This document shows, piece by piece, positions 17,310-26,975 of a stretch of DNA of 64,000 nt (the first letter of the stretch is position 1; each line of letters starts with the position of its first letter). The notes below the pieces were generated by a model, which saw nothing but the letters and a program-made list of their open reading frames with translations, searched no databases and was not told the DNA's origin. Made by a program: the position numbers and the translations under genes. Source of the stretch: an uncultured Alphaproteobacteria bacterium (lineage in GTDB: Bacteria; Pseudomonadota; Alphaproteobacteria; CAAHEQ01; UBA3637); assembly GCA_947586835.1 (NCBI GenBank), contig CANPXT010000005.1, positions 3,327 through 67,326 of the forward strand, read 5' to 3'.

Positions 17310-18284
17310 TTATTCTTTTTGTAAATCGGGAAATAAAGCGCGTTTCAAAACACTGCCGATTAAGCAAAATGCCAAGCGTGTGGGTGTTGTATGTGCCAAC
17401 GGCTGCAGCATTAAAAAGTCGTGAATGGTGCCGTTCATTCGAACGGAAACGGCATTAACACCGGCATCGGAAAGCTTACGGGCATAAGTTTCGCCATCAT
17501 CTCTTGTCGGATCATTTTCGGCAGTAATAATCAGGGTTTCGGGCAATCCTTTCAACTCATTTTCGGGAATAAGCAACGGACTGACCATTGCCTGATTGCG
17601 TAAAGAAATATCCGGTAAATAATTTTCCCAAAACCAACTCATAGTCGCTTTTGTCATCCACGGACCGCGACAAAAAGTTTCATAAGAGTCCATATTCACA
17701 TTTGCATCTAACGAGGGATATAACAGAAGCTGATAATTGACAAAAACCCCTTGTTTTCGGGCATAGTTTGTCAAGACGGCAGCCATGGCGGCACCGGTTC
17801 CGTCTCCGGCAATCACAATCTTATAGGGATCAACCCGATAAATACCGGGATTGTTTAAAATATGATTTAACGCTGTCCACAATTCTTCCAACTGTGTAGG
17901 AAAACGTGCCGTCGGAACGGGTGTATATTCGGGAAAAATAACGGCAGCTCCAGTTTCTTTTGCTAATTTTCTCAACAAGCGATCATATGTCATGGCATCA
18001 CCCGTTACCCAACCGCCGCCGTGAACGTAAAAAATAATCGGCAACCGATCGGTTTCTTCGGTTTTACGAACAATGCGCACGGGAATATATCCTTTAGCAG
18101 AAACAGGCACATCAAAATCGCTGCGTGAAACATCGTCTTTAAATGTTTGAGCAGATTGAATTTTTGAAATAAAGGCCCGCGCGGCTTCAAAGGTATCATC
18201 CTGCATGGGGCGTTTATCTTTCACGGAGTTGACAAACTCTTGAACGCCGTGTGCTAAATTCGGGTTTTCAAACGTTGCTTGCAT
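17310..18284 (-). CDS. Alpha/beta hydrolase, hormone-sensitive-lipase (HSL) family, with an atypical GDGTG in place of GDSAG
   Basis: HGGGW oxyanion motif, ENDPTRDDG, HDF. AAAGGA RBS lies before the ATG at 18284. The ORF track extends to 18383. Confidence 0.75.
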   Translation of the reverse strand: MQATFENPNLAHGVQEFVNSVKDKRPMQDDTFEAARAFISKIQSAQTFKDDVSRSDFDVPVSAKGYIPVRIVRKTEETDRLPIIFYVHGGGWVTGDAMTYDRLLRKLAKETGAAVIFPEYTPVPTARFPTQLEELWTALNHILNNPGIYRVDPYKIVIAGDGTGAAMAAVLTNYARKQGVFVNYQLLLYPSLDANVNMDSYETFCRGPWMTKATMSWFWENYLPDISLRNQAMVSPLLIPENELKGLPETLIITAENDPTRDDGETYARKLSDAGVNAVSVRMNGTIHDFLMLQPLAHTTPTRLAFCLIGSVLKRALFPDLQKE

Positions 18285-18410
18285 AAAAAATCCTTTCAGT
18301 GATGAAATAACTTTCCGAAAAAGAGGTATGAATTTATCAGCTGCAATGCAAGAAAAACACGACTTTTGAACAAAAAAAAGCATAGATTGATATTTTAATT
18401 AAATTTTTTC

Positions 18411-18439
18411 TTGCCAAAACGAAAAAAAGAGAGTATAAA
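18411..18439 (+). promoter_or_regulatory. Sigma70-like promoter for tRNA-Ser (TTGCCA-17-TATAAA)
   Basis: -35 at 18411-18416, -10 at 18434-18439. The tRNA starts at 18451. Confidence 0.45.
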
Positions 18440-18450
18440 AGCGTTTATCA

Positions 18451-18541
18451 GGATGGGTGGCCGAGTGGTTGAAGGCGCACGCCTGGAAAGTGTGTTTAGG
18501 TCTAAAGCCTAACGCGAGTTCGAATCTCGCCCCATCCGCCA
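18451..18541 (+). tRNA. tRNA-Ser (anticodon GGA), CCA encoded
   Basis: Hand-folded. Acceptor GGATGGG/CCCATCC, anticodon loop CTGGAAA, long variable arm, T-arm GCGAG-TTCGAAT-CTCGC. Confidence 0.9.
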
Positions 18542-18889
18542 TTATAAAAGCCTCTGTAAAAGAGGCTTTTTTTATGACGGATAAGAAAGTGAGTTCGAGC
18601 TCGCGTTATCAAGCGAGTTCGGAAGTTAAAAAAAGGCGGACAGAGACGCCGTTTTTGCTCTTGCAAAATTTTTTAACTTAATGGCGATTATCGCCAGCCC
18701 CTTGCGGGTGAGCCGATTTATCGGCGAATAATCTCGCCCCATCCGCCATTATAAAAGCCTCTGTAAAAGAGGCTTTTTTTATGACGGATAAGAAAGTGAG
18801 TTCGAGCTCGCGTTATCAAGCGAGTTCGGAAGTTAAAAAAAAGGCGGATATAAGACGCCGTTTTTGCTCCTTGCAAAATTTTTTAACTT
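18523..18889 (+). repeat. Two direct-repeat copies offset by 207 bp (18523-18679 and 18730-18889) covering the last 19 nt of tRNA-Ser, its terminator and about 115 nt downstream
   Basis: The copies align by eye and differ only by A7/A8, cagaga/tataaga and ctcttgc/ctccttgc. A 50-nt unique spacer holds two small hairpins (GGCGA-tta-TCGCC and GCCGA-ttta-TCGGC). Confidence 0.9.
18546..18573 (+). terminator. Rho-independent terminator after tRNA-Ser (duplicated at 18753-18780)
   Basis: AAAAGCCTCT-gtaaa-AGAGGCTTTTTTT. Confidence 0.7.
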
Positions 18890-18980
18890 TCTTTCATATT
18901 TTCATAAGATTTTTTTACTTTAAAAATATTGTTTTCAATCGTAAATTCAAAGATACAAATATTTAAATCATGATAAATCA

Positions 18981-19012
18981 AAAAAAGCGCCCTAAAAATA
19001 AGAGCGCTTTTC
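18981..19012 (-). terminator. Terminator downstream of the PPIase gene
   Basis: The minus strand reads AAGCGCTC-ttattttta-GGGCGCTT-TTTTTT. Confidence 0.5.
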
Positions 19013-19031
19013 CTTTTAAAAAAAATACCTT

Positions 19032-20150
19032 CTATTTTGCAGGTTTGTCATCTGACTTTTCCACTGCGGGTTCTGCTTGTTGAGAAACAGCTTCCGGCTT
19101 TAAAGCTTTATCAGCGGCTTGCGTAGCGGCATCTTGCGCTGCCAAATCTTCCATAGCTTCATTTTGCAATTGATCTACAGCTTCTGCCGAAGCTGCTTGC
19201 CGCGGCGCCGTTAATGAAGGCACCAACACCTTTACATCATGCTTGACTTCTTCTTGCTTTAAAATAACTTGCAAATTGCGTTCGACAAACATTTGTCGCA
19301 GTTGTTCTTGAACTGCTTCAAACGACGGCAACGGAGCTACTCTTCTGTCTTCAACCAAAACAATATGCCACCCGAACGGTGTTTTAATCGGTTTGGATAA
19401 CTGTCCTTTCTTTAAAGCAAAAACAGCTTCACCGAATTCCGGTATCATCATATTTTTTTGGAAATAGCCTAAATCACCGCCATTACCGTTTTCAGCATCA
19501 AGCGATTTTGTATTAGCTAACATTTGAAAATCAGCACCGGCTTCCAATTGCACCAAAATATCATTGGCTTCTTTTTCCGTTTGCACCAAAATATGACGGG
19601 CATGAACTTCATCGGAACGTTCCATGGTTTTGGTTTCGGCATCATATAATTCTTTTAATTTTTCAGGTGTTGCCAATTCATTAATTTTCTTTTCAAGATA
19701 AGCTTTGCTGATAATGGTATCATGCGCTTCTTTCAAAGCCAATTGAACAGTCGGATCTTTTTGCACATCGGACTCTTGTGCCGATTTATAAATAATTTCT
19801 TTCGTTAAATATTTTTGCAACAACTGCGGATAAATCATATCAAACGGTAAATCGGACAATTGCGGAATTTGATCAGCAACGGCCTTAATTTGCGATAAAT
19901 AAACATTTTTACCGTCAATCGTGGCAACAACCACATCATTTTTTTCATCGTGAAAATATTTTCCGAACAGCGATGCACCGCTATCGGGCGACATAGCCTT
20001 ATAACCTAAAATACCCCACACGGCAGCTGCACCCAATAACAACACACCCGTTATAATGGTGCTTTTCTTTAATTTACCTGTTTTTGTTTCCTCTTCGACT
20101 TCAACAGTTTTTTGTGCTGTTTTCTTGACTTGTTTTTTTTGATTGACCAT
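19032..20150 (-). CDS. Parvulin-type peptidyl-prolyl isomerase (SurA/PpiD-like) with an N-terminal membrane anchor
   Basis: ARHILV ... GGDLGYF ... FGWHIVLVEDRR. GGAGAATAAAC-ATG at 20150. The ORF track extends to 20258. Confidence 0.8.
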   Translation of the reverse strand: MVNQKKQVKKTAQKTVEVEEETKTGKLKKSTIITGVLLLGAAAVWGILGYKAMSPDSGASLFGKYFHDEKNDVVVATIDGKNVYLSQIKAVADQIPQLSDLPFDMIYPQLLQKYLTKEIIYKSAQESDVQKDPTVQLALKEAHDTIISKAYLEKKINELATPEKLKELYDAETKTMERSDEVHARHILVQTEKEANDILVQLEAGADFQMLANTKSLDAENGNGGDLGYFQKNMMIPEFGEAVFALKKGQLSKPIKTPFGWHIVLVEDRRVAPLPSFEAVQEQLRQMFVERNLQVILKQEEVKHDVKVLVPSLTAPRQAASAEAVDQLQNEAMEDLAAQDAATQAADKALKPEAVSQQAEPAVEKSDDKPAK

Positions 20151-20299
20151 GTTTATTCTCCTTCGGTTAATTGTATGGCTAAATGCATAATAGTTTCTTT
20201 TTTTTAAAAAAGCAATCACTTTTTTACATTCCGACGGAAGAAAATGAAAAAATATCATCTATTTCAAAAAATTTCAATGATGAAACTTAAAAAAAACCG

Positions 20300-20722
20300 T
20301 TAAATACTTTCATCACGCCGCCGCCGTAATCGACGGGATAATTCGCCGATAAATCCTTTTGCCAAAGAGGGATGAAGCGCCATAATCTGATATAACTTAT
20401 TGCCGCTGATTCGTAACACGGTTGTTTGCTCAACGGCCTTCAACCCATACGGAATAACGGCAGGACATAACACCGTCGTTTCACCGAAAAATTGTCTGGG
20501 ACCAAACTCCGTCATGGCACCTTTATCATCTTCGCAGTGAATCAAACCGCTTAAAACAATAAACAAATAATGGTTTTCAAGTGTGCGATTAATAATTTCT
20601 TCACCCGATTTATATGTTTTTTCTTCAGCAGCCATAATTAAATCGGATAACGCTGATTCCGAAACATTTTCAAATAATGCAACGTTTTTTAAAATTAAAA
20701 CTTTTTCAAATGTTCCCGACAA
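20300..20722 (-). CDS. Cyclic-nucleotide-binding domain protein (stand-alone; TTG start)
   Basis: FFGETTVL ... A.E.T.VLRI, a cNMP beta-roll pattern. AGGAGGAG RBS. It is in frame with the upstream ORF, separated from it only by a TAG. Confidence 0.7.
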   Translation of the reverse strand: MSGTFEKVLILKNVALFENVSESALSDLIMAAEEKTYKSGEEIINRTLENHYLFIVLSGLIHCEDDKGAMTEFGPRQFFGETTVLCPAVIPYGLKAVEQTTVLRISGNKLYQIMALHPSLAKGFIGELSRRLRRRRDESI

Positions 20723-20731
20723 TTTCTCCTC

Positions 20732-23515
20732 CTAAAATTTTAAAAGTTTATCCAACGGCAGTTTAATAATTTTCGTCGGTGGCAGTGATAATAAAATTCG
20801 CCGCGTCTCAACCGAATCGCCATTTAATCTGTCCAATGCCTGAACGGCCGTTTCCAACACCAACAAATCCGTACTGTTCAGAGCTGCTTTCACGGCAGGC
20901 AATGCCTCTTTATCATTCATTTTTTGCAAACAATAAAGTGCACTGGCAGTTATCCACGCCGGAAAAGCAAACTTGGGAATTAAAATCAAGTTTGATACGT
21001 CTTGCAAAGCCTCTTTTTTTGCAACCGCCGGTAAAACAACTTCTTTTTTATGCAAAAACGGATACTTTGCCGTTTCTTCAATTATTTGATATAAATCACG
21101 CGGTAAAATATCTTGTATCACACCTAATGCCGGCGGATAAGATTCATATTCATCCGATAACAATACGCGTACGGCTTTCTGAAAAAGCGGTGATTTTTTT
21201 AAAAGCAACAGTTCATAAAAAATAAGCTTTCTTGCCGCCGATGCTTCTTCACTCATGGCGCGCGTTAAAAACAAAAAGGCATCTTGCGCCGATAATGCCG
21301 GTGCCTGCTTATATTTTTCAACAAAATGATTTAAAAAACGAATCCGCTCCACATCTTGCAAAATACAGGTTTTCAAAAAAGCATATTTGTCTTTACCGTG
21401 CCAAAAAAGACCGCTGTCAATCATACTGCGAAGAACACTGTTTCTTAATTTACGATGACCGCTTTTTAACACGCGCAGTAGAATTTGCTGACTTTCATTA
21501 TCGTTCCTCTGCGCCAAAAACAAAATAAGCAATCGCTTTCGAACCAACGACGCAGAATCATCAAAAATACTCTTTTCTATGGCAGGATAGGCACGAATTC
21601 CATAACGATCAAGCGCCGTTAAAGCGTTTTCTTGAAAATCAACTTCATCAAGACTATGCAAAATAATCGGCAATGATTCGGGATGTTTAATCAATCCGGC
21701 CACCGATAAAGCCTCATTGGCTATTACGACATTCACACTTTTCAACAATGGCATCAATAAGCGAATTAAACCGACGGACGGCGCCTGTGCCATTACCTGT
21801 AATGCCGCTAATTTATCGCTGATCATTCTACTGTTTGCCAATTTTTGTAAGCCGTCCATTGCCAACAAAGCTTCATGCGAGCCAATGTTTAAAAAACCAA
21901 TCATAGCGCCTGTTTTTAAGCGTCTGTCATCTAAATAAAGCGCATATTTATTCAAAAGTGCCGTATCGTCTTCAGCCGCCGCAATTTGTATTAAAACGGC
22001 CAATGCCTGTGCTTGTACCGAGGCTGATTTATCGGTATTAAACACAAATTGAACCGATGAACGATACCTTAAAAAATTTTGCGATTGAAAAATACGTTTT
22101 AAGGCAAATAACCGAACGGCTTCCGAGGGATGTTTCAATGATTTCAATACCGATTTATAATATTCTTTTGTCGGCGCATTTTCCAAAATACGCAAAAAAT
22201 AAATAATTTCATCGGTAGAAGCGTGCTGCATTTCTTGCCGAATATAATCAATAACCCGACGAGACGTTAACATTAATTGACTGTCCGGCCATTCGCGTAA
22301 TTTTAATAATTTTAAAACAACATCTCCATAAAAAAAGGTAATAAACACCAATAAAATCATTAAAAGAGCACTTAATCCCGACAATAAATAAATCAAAAAA
22401 GACGAACCTGACAAATGTGCCATTAAAATACCGCCCAACATAAACCCGATCGGTTCTGTCAATATCATTCGCTTTTGATGAATACTTTGATTATCTCGTC
22501 TTAAAATAAGCGGTTTTAATAAAATAGTCATATATTCGTGATAACACAGATAATAAATCAGCGCAAAAGTTAAAAATGATAAAAACGACAGAACATAACT
22601 GGTCGATAATAAAGCCATACCTTGTCCCGCCACGGAAAGAATCATAATAAACAATGTACCCGATAATACATAAAACGAACGAGCACGAGCTAATAAAAGG
22701 ACCAAAAGAACTTCCGTCAATCCAAAATATGTCCACCATAATGACATCTGCTTTAAAATACCGAAACCGTTGTGCGTTTCAACCAAATATGCATAAAAAA
22801 CGGCATTCTGCAAACAAAAAGCCGTTAAAGTAAAAAAAGAAAAAACAAGTACGCTTCGGGTTAAACGCTTCGCCGTAAAATCTTGCGCTTCACCGCTGGA
22901 ACGAGAAAATCGTTCCGGCAAAACAGGCATCATTTGCGTCAACAAATAAATACCCGTATACAAAACCATTAAAAGCGCCATGGCATAATATAATAAACTG
23001 TATGCACCTACGGGAGCCACATATACAAACAATCCGCCACAAAAATAACCGCCGGCTTCCGCCGAAATTAAAAACAGATTTTTAAGCGAACGTCTGTCCA
23101 AGGGTACAAACCGAGTTGTTAAACTCCAAAAAACGGCATTGATTAAATAAAAATAGGCGTATTTCACGACAAACAAACAATCATAAACGCCGGGCCATTG
23201 ATATGCCGTTGCCATCACAAGGCCGGTTAATAATGCAATAAACAATGTGATGAGACAAAAACCGCCATAACCCTGATATTTAAAAAGATTTCTTGTTTTC
23301 CAACCGATAAAGGAAAGCAAGACGGATACAAAAATAAAATCAATACCAATACTCAAATGTCCCGTTTTGGTTAAATAAAGTTGCACGGATCCGATATCGG
23401 CAAAAACAAGCATAACGGATTTTAAAAACGCAAAAAATGTCAGACACATTAATAAGCCGATATTAAATGCCGGCAATTGTGAAACGCGTATAAAAAATTT
23501 TTTATAAAATCCCAT
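20732..23515 (-). CDS. Large membrane protein: N-terminal polytopic transporter-like domain (about 11-12 TM; MFS or ATP:ADP-antiporter-like) plus a C-terminal HEAT/ARM-like helical repeat region of about 500 aa
   Basis: Hydrophobic segments run through about aa 400. After that come leucine-rich helical repeats (ALxxL, AV.AL..L). The transporter family is assigned from overall architecture only. Confidence 0.5.
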   Translation of the reverse strand: MGFYKKFFIRVSQLPAFNIGLLMCLTFFAFLKSVMLVFADIGSVQLYLTKTGHLSIGIDFIFVSVLLSFIGWKTRNLFKYQGYGGFCLITLFIALLTGLVMATAYQWPGVYDCLFVVKYAYFYLINAVFWSLTTRFVPLDRRSLKNLFLISAEAGGYFCGGLFVYVAPVGAYSLLYYAMALLMVLYTGIYLLTQMMPVLPERFSRSSGEAQDFTAKRLTRSVLVFSFFTLTAFCLQNAVFYAYLVETHNGFGILKQMSLWWTYFGLTEVLLVLLLARARSFYVLSGTLFIMILSVAGQGMALLSTSYVLSFLSFLTFALIYYLCYHEYMTILLKPLILRRDNQSIHQKRMILTEPIGFMLGGILMAHLSGSSFLIYLLSGLSALLMILLVFITFFYGDVVLKLLKLREWPDSQLMLTSRRVIDYIRQEMQHASTDEIIYFLRILENAPTKEYYKSVLKSLKHPSEAVRLFALKRIFQSQNFLRYRSSVQFVFNTDKSASVQAQALAVLIQIAAAEDDTALLNKYALYLDDRRLKTGAMIGFLNIGSHEALLAMDGLQKLANSRMISDKLAALQVMAQAPSVGLIRLLMPLLKSVNVVIANEALSVAGLIKHPESLPIILHSLDEVDFQENALTALDRYGIRAYPAIEKSIFDDSASLVRKRLLILFLAQRNDNESQQILLRVLKSGHRKLRNSVLRSMIDSGLFWHGKDKYAFLKTCILQDVERIRFLNHFVEKYKQAPALSAQDAFLFLTRAMSEEASAARKLIFYELLLLKKSPLFQKAVRVLLSDEYESYPPALGVIQDILPRDLYQIIEETAKYPFLHKKEVVLPAVAKKEALQDVSNLILIPKFAFPAWITASALYCLQKMNDKEALPAVKAALNSTDLLVLETAVQALDRLNGDSVETRRILLSLPPTKIIKLPLDKLLKF

Positions 23516-24408
23516 TAAACATTAATCCGCTCATTATTCCCCAACAATGCATCAACATAGTCTGATGCCGTAAAGGTATTTAAATCATCAATTTGCTCTC
23601 CCACACCGATGGCATGTATCGGCAAATGAAATTGTTCCGTCAATGCTAACAAAATTCCGCCTTTGGCCGTACCGTCTAATTTTGTCATAATCAATCCCGT
23701 TACTTTTGTCATTTCCGAAAAAGTTTTCACTTGCGACAAAGCGTTTTGTCCGACAGTGGCATCTAAAACCAATAAAGCGGCATGCGGCGCCGTTTCATCC
23801 GTTTTTTGAAGCACACGAACAATTTTTTTCAACTCGTCCATTAAATCCGTGCGATTTTGAAGCCGTCCTGCCGTATCCACAAACAAAATATCATCGCAGG
23901 CCTTATGCGATGCCTGTACGGCATCAAAAATCAATCCGGCAGCATCACCATTCGGTTTTGTATAAACGGGACAGCCGAGTTTTTGCCCCCATGCCTGCAA
24001 CTGTTCGGTTGCCCCGGCACGAAACGTATCACCCGCCACAAAAGAAACCTGATACCCCTGCCGTTGAAACAAAGCACCGAGTTTACCGATGGTTGTTGTT
24101 TTTCCGACCCCGTTCACCCCCGTCATTAACACGATAAACGGCTTTTTATTCGTATCAATTTGAAGTGGTACGGCAACCGGTGTTAAAATTTCAATTAATT
24201 TTTCCCGAATGAGCGCACGCGTTTCCGCTTCGTCTTTCGGATGACGCTCTTTGAGTAAATTCAACAAACTTTCCGTAACCGGTAAGCCGACATCGGCCAT
24301 AATGAGCGATTCTTCCAATGCTTCCATTGAAGAAACATCCATTTTCACACCGCTTAAAATGCGAGCGGTTTTTTTAAGCCCGAACTTTAACTTCTCCAAC
24401 CAACTCAT
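23515..24408 (-). CDS. ftsY: Signal recognition particle receptor FtsY (NG domain only)
   Basis: GVNGVGKTTTIGKL, DTAGRL, TKLDGTAKGG. Confidence 0.92.
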   Translation of the reverse strand: MSWLEKLKFGLKKTARILSGVKMDVSSMEALEESLIMADVGLPVTESLLNLLKERHPKDEAETRALIREKLIEILTPVAVPLQIDTNKKPFIVLMTGVNGVGKTTTIGKLGALFQRQGYQVSFVAGDTFRAGATEQLQAWGQKLGCPVYTKPNGDAAGLIFDAVQASHKACDDILFVDTAGRLQNRTDLMDELKKIVRVLQKTDETAPHAALLVLDATVGQNALSQVKTFSEMTKVTGLIMTKLDGTAKGGILLALTEQFHLPIHAIGVGEQIDDLNTFTASDYVDALLGNNERINV

Positions 24409-25585
24409 TTTCAATCCTTTTTGTTATAAGCACCTGTTCAATTTTTCCCTCTGATGTTGATGACGTATGCACTTTTAAATAATTATCCGTATAACCGCTG
24501 CCGTTTTTTTCAATCAATACCGGATGAACGGTTCCGACGGTTTTATCCAAAAGCTTTTGCTCTAACTTTAATCCCGTCTGACGCAACCGTGCGGCTCGTT
24601 CTTTGCGAACACCGATTTCCACTGCCGGCATTTTGGCTGCCGGTGTGCCGGGACGTGCCGAATAGGGAAATACATGCAATTGTGTAATATTCGCCTCTGT
24701 AACAAAAGTCTCCGTTTGCAACGCCTGCTCTTCCGTTTCGGTCGGAAAGCCCGTAATAAAGTCGGCGCCGAATACAATATCCGGTCGCACTGCTCTTAAT
24801 GCCTGACACGCTTTTAAAACCTGCTCTGCCGTATGACGCCGACCCATACGTTTTAATATTAAATCATCACCCGATTGCACCGATAAATGCAAATGCGGTT
24901 GAAGAACGGCATAAGTTCCCATCAAATCAATAAATTCTTTATCAAGTGCCGTCGGATCAAGCGATCCGAATCGCAATCGTTTTAAACCAGATACCTTTTC
25001 GGCAATCAAGCGCACCAGCCGATTAAAACCTTGCGGATAAGAAGCAATATCAACGCCGGTCAACACAATTTCCGAAAAGCCGTTTTCAACAAAAAGTCGC
25101 GCCTGCTCCAACACTTTTTCGGGCGGTAATCCTTTATTGCGCCCGCGCGCCTGATGAACAATACAAAATGTGCAGGCATGATTGCATCCTTGTTGAATTT
25201 GTAAAAAAGCACGTGTGTGTCCTTCAAAATCCGTCACGGGTTTCAGCACTTCAAAATCAAACAAATCTACATCACCGACACAAACTTTTTCCGTTGTTTC
25301 ATAAGCAGTACGCGTTAATTTTTCGCGATTGCCCAACACCCGAAAAACCTCGGGCATAGCAGCATAAACTTCCGGATTTAATTGCGCAGCACAACCTGTC
25401 ACGATAATTTTTGCTGTCGGATTCTCCCGATAAGCCTTGCGAATTGCCTGACGACACTGTCGCTCGGCTTCTCCCGTCACGGCACAGGTATTTACGACAA
25501 TCACATCATTTAAATCGGCACCGATTTTTTCAATCAGACGTGTTTCAAAAGCATTTAATCGACAACCGAAGGTAATGACTTTCAT
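24374..25585 (-). CDS. mtaB: Radical-SAM methylthiotransferase MtaB (tRNA ms2t6A)
   Basis: [19 protein letters not shown] radical SAM cluster, TRAM-like C-terminus. Confidence 0.8.
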   Translation of the reverse strand: MKVITFGCRLNAFETRLIEKIGADLNDVIVVNTCAVTGEAERQCRQAIRKAYRENPTAKIIVTGCAAQLNPEVYAAMPEVFRVLGNREKLTRTAYETTEKVCVGDVDLFDFEVLKPVTDFEGHTRAFLQIQQGCNHACTFCIVHQARGRNKGLPPEKVLEQARLFVENGFSEIVLTGVDIASYPQGFNRLVRLIAEKVSGLKRLRFGSLDPTALDKEFIDLMGTYAVLQPHLHLSVQSGDDLILKRMGRRHTAEQVLKACQALRAVRPDIVFGADFITGFPTETEEQALQTETFVTEANITQLHVFPYSARPGTPAAKMPAVEIGVRKERAARLRQTGLKLEQKLLDKTVGTVHPVLIEKNGSGYTDNYLKVHTSSTSEGKIEQVLITKRIENELVGEVKVRA

Positions 25586-26511
25586 GTGCGTTTCTTTTTT
25601 TCACCCGAATGATTTTTTTTGTGAAAAGAGAAGCGTTTTGTCGAACTGATTTGTTTTTTCACTTCTTTTAATTGTTTAAATTGTGTAATTTTCACTTTTT
25701 TCACATGACGCGAATCGGCATCAATCACTTCAAAAATCAATCCGCTCGCGTGCGAAACCGTATCACCGATTTTCGGTAATTTTCCAGCCAAATGGGAAAC
25801 AAGCCCCCCAATGGTTTCAAGCTCTTCTTCTTTTTCATCAGACGTTAAAAACGCTCCGATTCTATTTTCCAAATCAACCAATCGAATCCGCGCATCGGCT
25901 TGAATCACACTATTACCGATTCGATGTAACACAGGCGGTGTATCAAGCGCATCATGTTCATCTTCAATTTCGCCGACAATTTCTTCCAATAAATCTTCCA
26001 AGGTAATTAACCCGTCCGTGCCACCGTATTCATCAACCACTACAGCCATCTGCGTTTTTTTTGCTTGCATATCGCGTAACAAATCAAGCGCGCGCATGGA
26101 TGACGGAACAAACAGAACATTGTTTGTCATAACTTCCCGAACCGTTACCTCTTCACGCTCCAAAACGGCACATAACAAATCTTTCACATGAATAACCCCG
26201 ATAATATCGTCCAGTGATTTTTCATAAACGGGTAACCGCGTAAATTTATCGGAAATTACAATTTTTTTTAGCTCTTCCAACGGTGCATCTACCTGAATAC
26301 CGACAATATCAATGCCGGGAATACAGACCTGACCGGCTCGAATATCTTTAAGCTTAAATAAATTTTTAAGCAAGCCCAATTCATCGGGATCTATCAGTAC
26401 TTTATCCCCTCTTTCTTCCCGCTCATCCATAATTTCTTCAATCGTTTCAATAACCTGATCTTCTTCCGGATGCTTGGTAAAAGCCGATTTAATTCTATAA
26501 AATAAATTCAT
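25582..26511 (-). CDS. corC: CBS-pair / CorC_HlyC domain protein (CorC/TlyC family)
   Basis: CBS pair followed by [28 protein letters not shown] and a transporter-associated domain. Confidence 0.85.
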   Translation of the reverse strand: MNLFYRIKSAFTKHPEEDQVIETIEEIMDEREERGDKVLIDPDELGLLKNLFKLKDIRAGQVCIPGIDIVGIQVDAPLEELKKIVISDKFTRLPVYEKSLDDIIGVIHVKDLLCAVLEREEVTVREVMTNNVLFVPSSMRALDLLRDMQAKKTQMAVVVDEYGGTDGLITLEDLLEEIVGEIEDEHDALDTPPVLHRIGNSVIQADARIRLVDLENRIGAFLTSDEKEEELETIGGLVSHLAGKLPKIGDTVSHASGLIFEVIDADSRHVKKVKITQFKQLKEVKKQISSTKRFSFHKKNHSGEKKKRT

Positions 26512-26975
26512 TCCGTCATATCCTTATAGGGATTCTCATATCCTAATTGCTTTAACATTTTAATTTCAAGAGCTTCCATTTTTTCCGCCTCTTCCGATGT
26601 TTGATGATCATATCCCTGCAAATGCAAAGCACCGTGCGTTAATAAATGCGCCAAATGGGCATCAAACGTAATGTTTTGCTCTTTCGATTCCGATACCAGC
26701 ACCTGATAAGCGGTAATAATATCACCGGCAGCCCATATATCTTTTTTTCCCGTGGGACAAAAACCCGATTCAAATGATAAAACATTTGTCGGACGATTGA
26801 TATTGCGATATTTTGAATTAAGCTCTTGCACGGTTTTATTATCGGCCAACAAAATCGAAACTTCGGCAGGCTCGCGACTAATCCAAGCATTTTGAATCAC
26901 TTGTTTGCAAAATCGTGTGATACCGCTCAGCCGATAATAACGCTTGTCTTTTATACTCACATAAACATTAATCAT
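26508..26975 (-). CDS. ybeY: rRNA maturation endoribonuclease YbeY
   Basis: [15 protein letters not shown] zinc motif. Confidence 0.9.
   Translation of the reverse strand: MINVYVSIKDKRYYRLSGITRFCKQVIQNAWISREPAEVSILLADNKTVQELNSKYRNINRPTNVLSFESGFCPTGKKDIWAAGDIITAYQVLVSESKEQNITFDAHLAHLLTHGALHLQGYDHQTSEEAEKMEALEIKMLKQLGYENPYKDMTE

Noticed and set aside
18523-18889. Possible CRISPR-like or att-flanked island at the tRNA-Ser repeat.
   Set aside because: There are only two copies, the repeat unit is about 157 nt, and a single 50-nt spacer separates them. No cas genes or integrase are present, so it is not a CRISPR array and contains no cargo.
18457-18966. Two ORFs (74 aa and 61 aa, both containing MTDKKVSSSSRYQASSEVKK) listed in the track.
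   Set aside because: The first starts inside tRNA-Ser and reads through its terminator. The second is simply the duplicated copy. Their similarity comes from the 207-bp-offset DNA repeat, not from selection on a protein.
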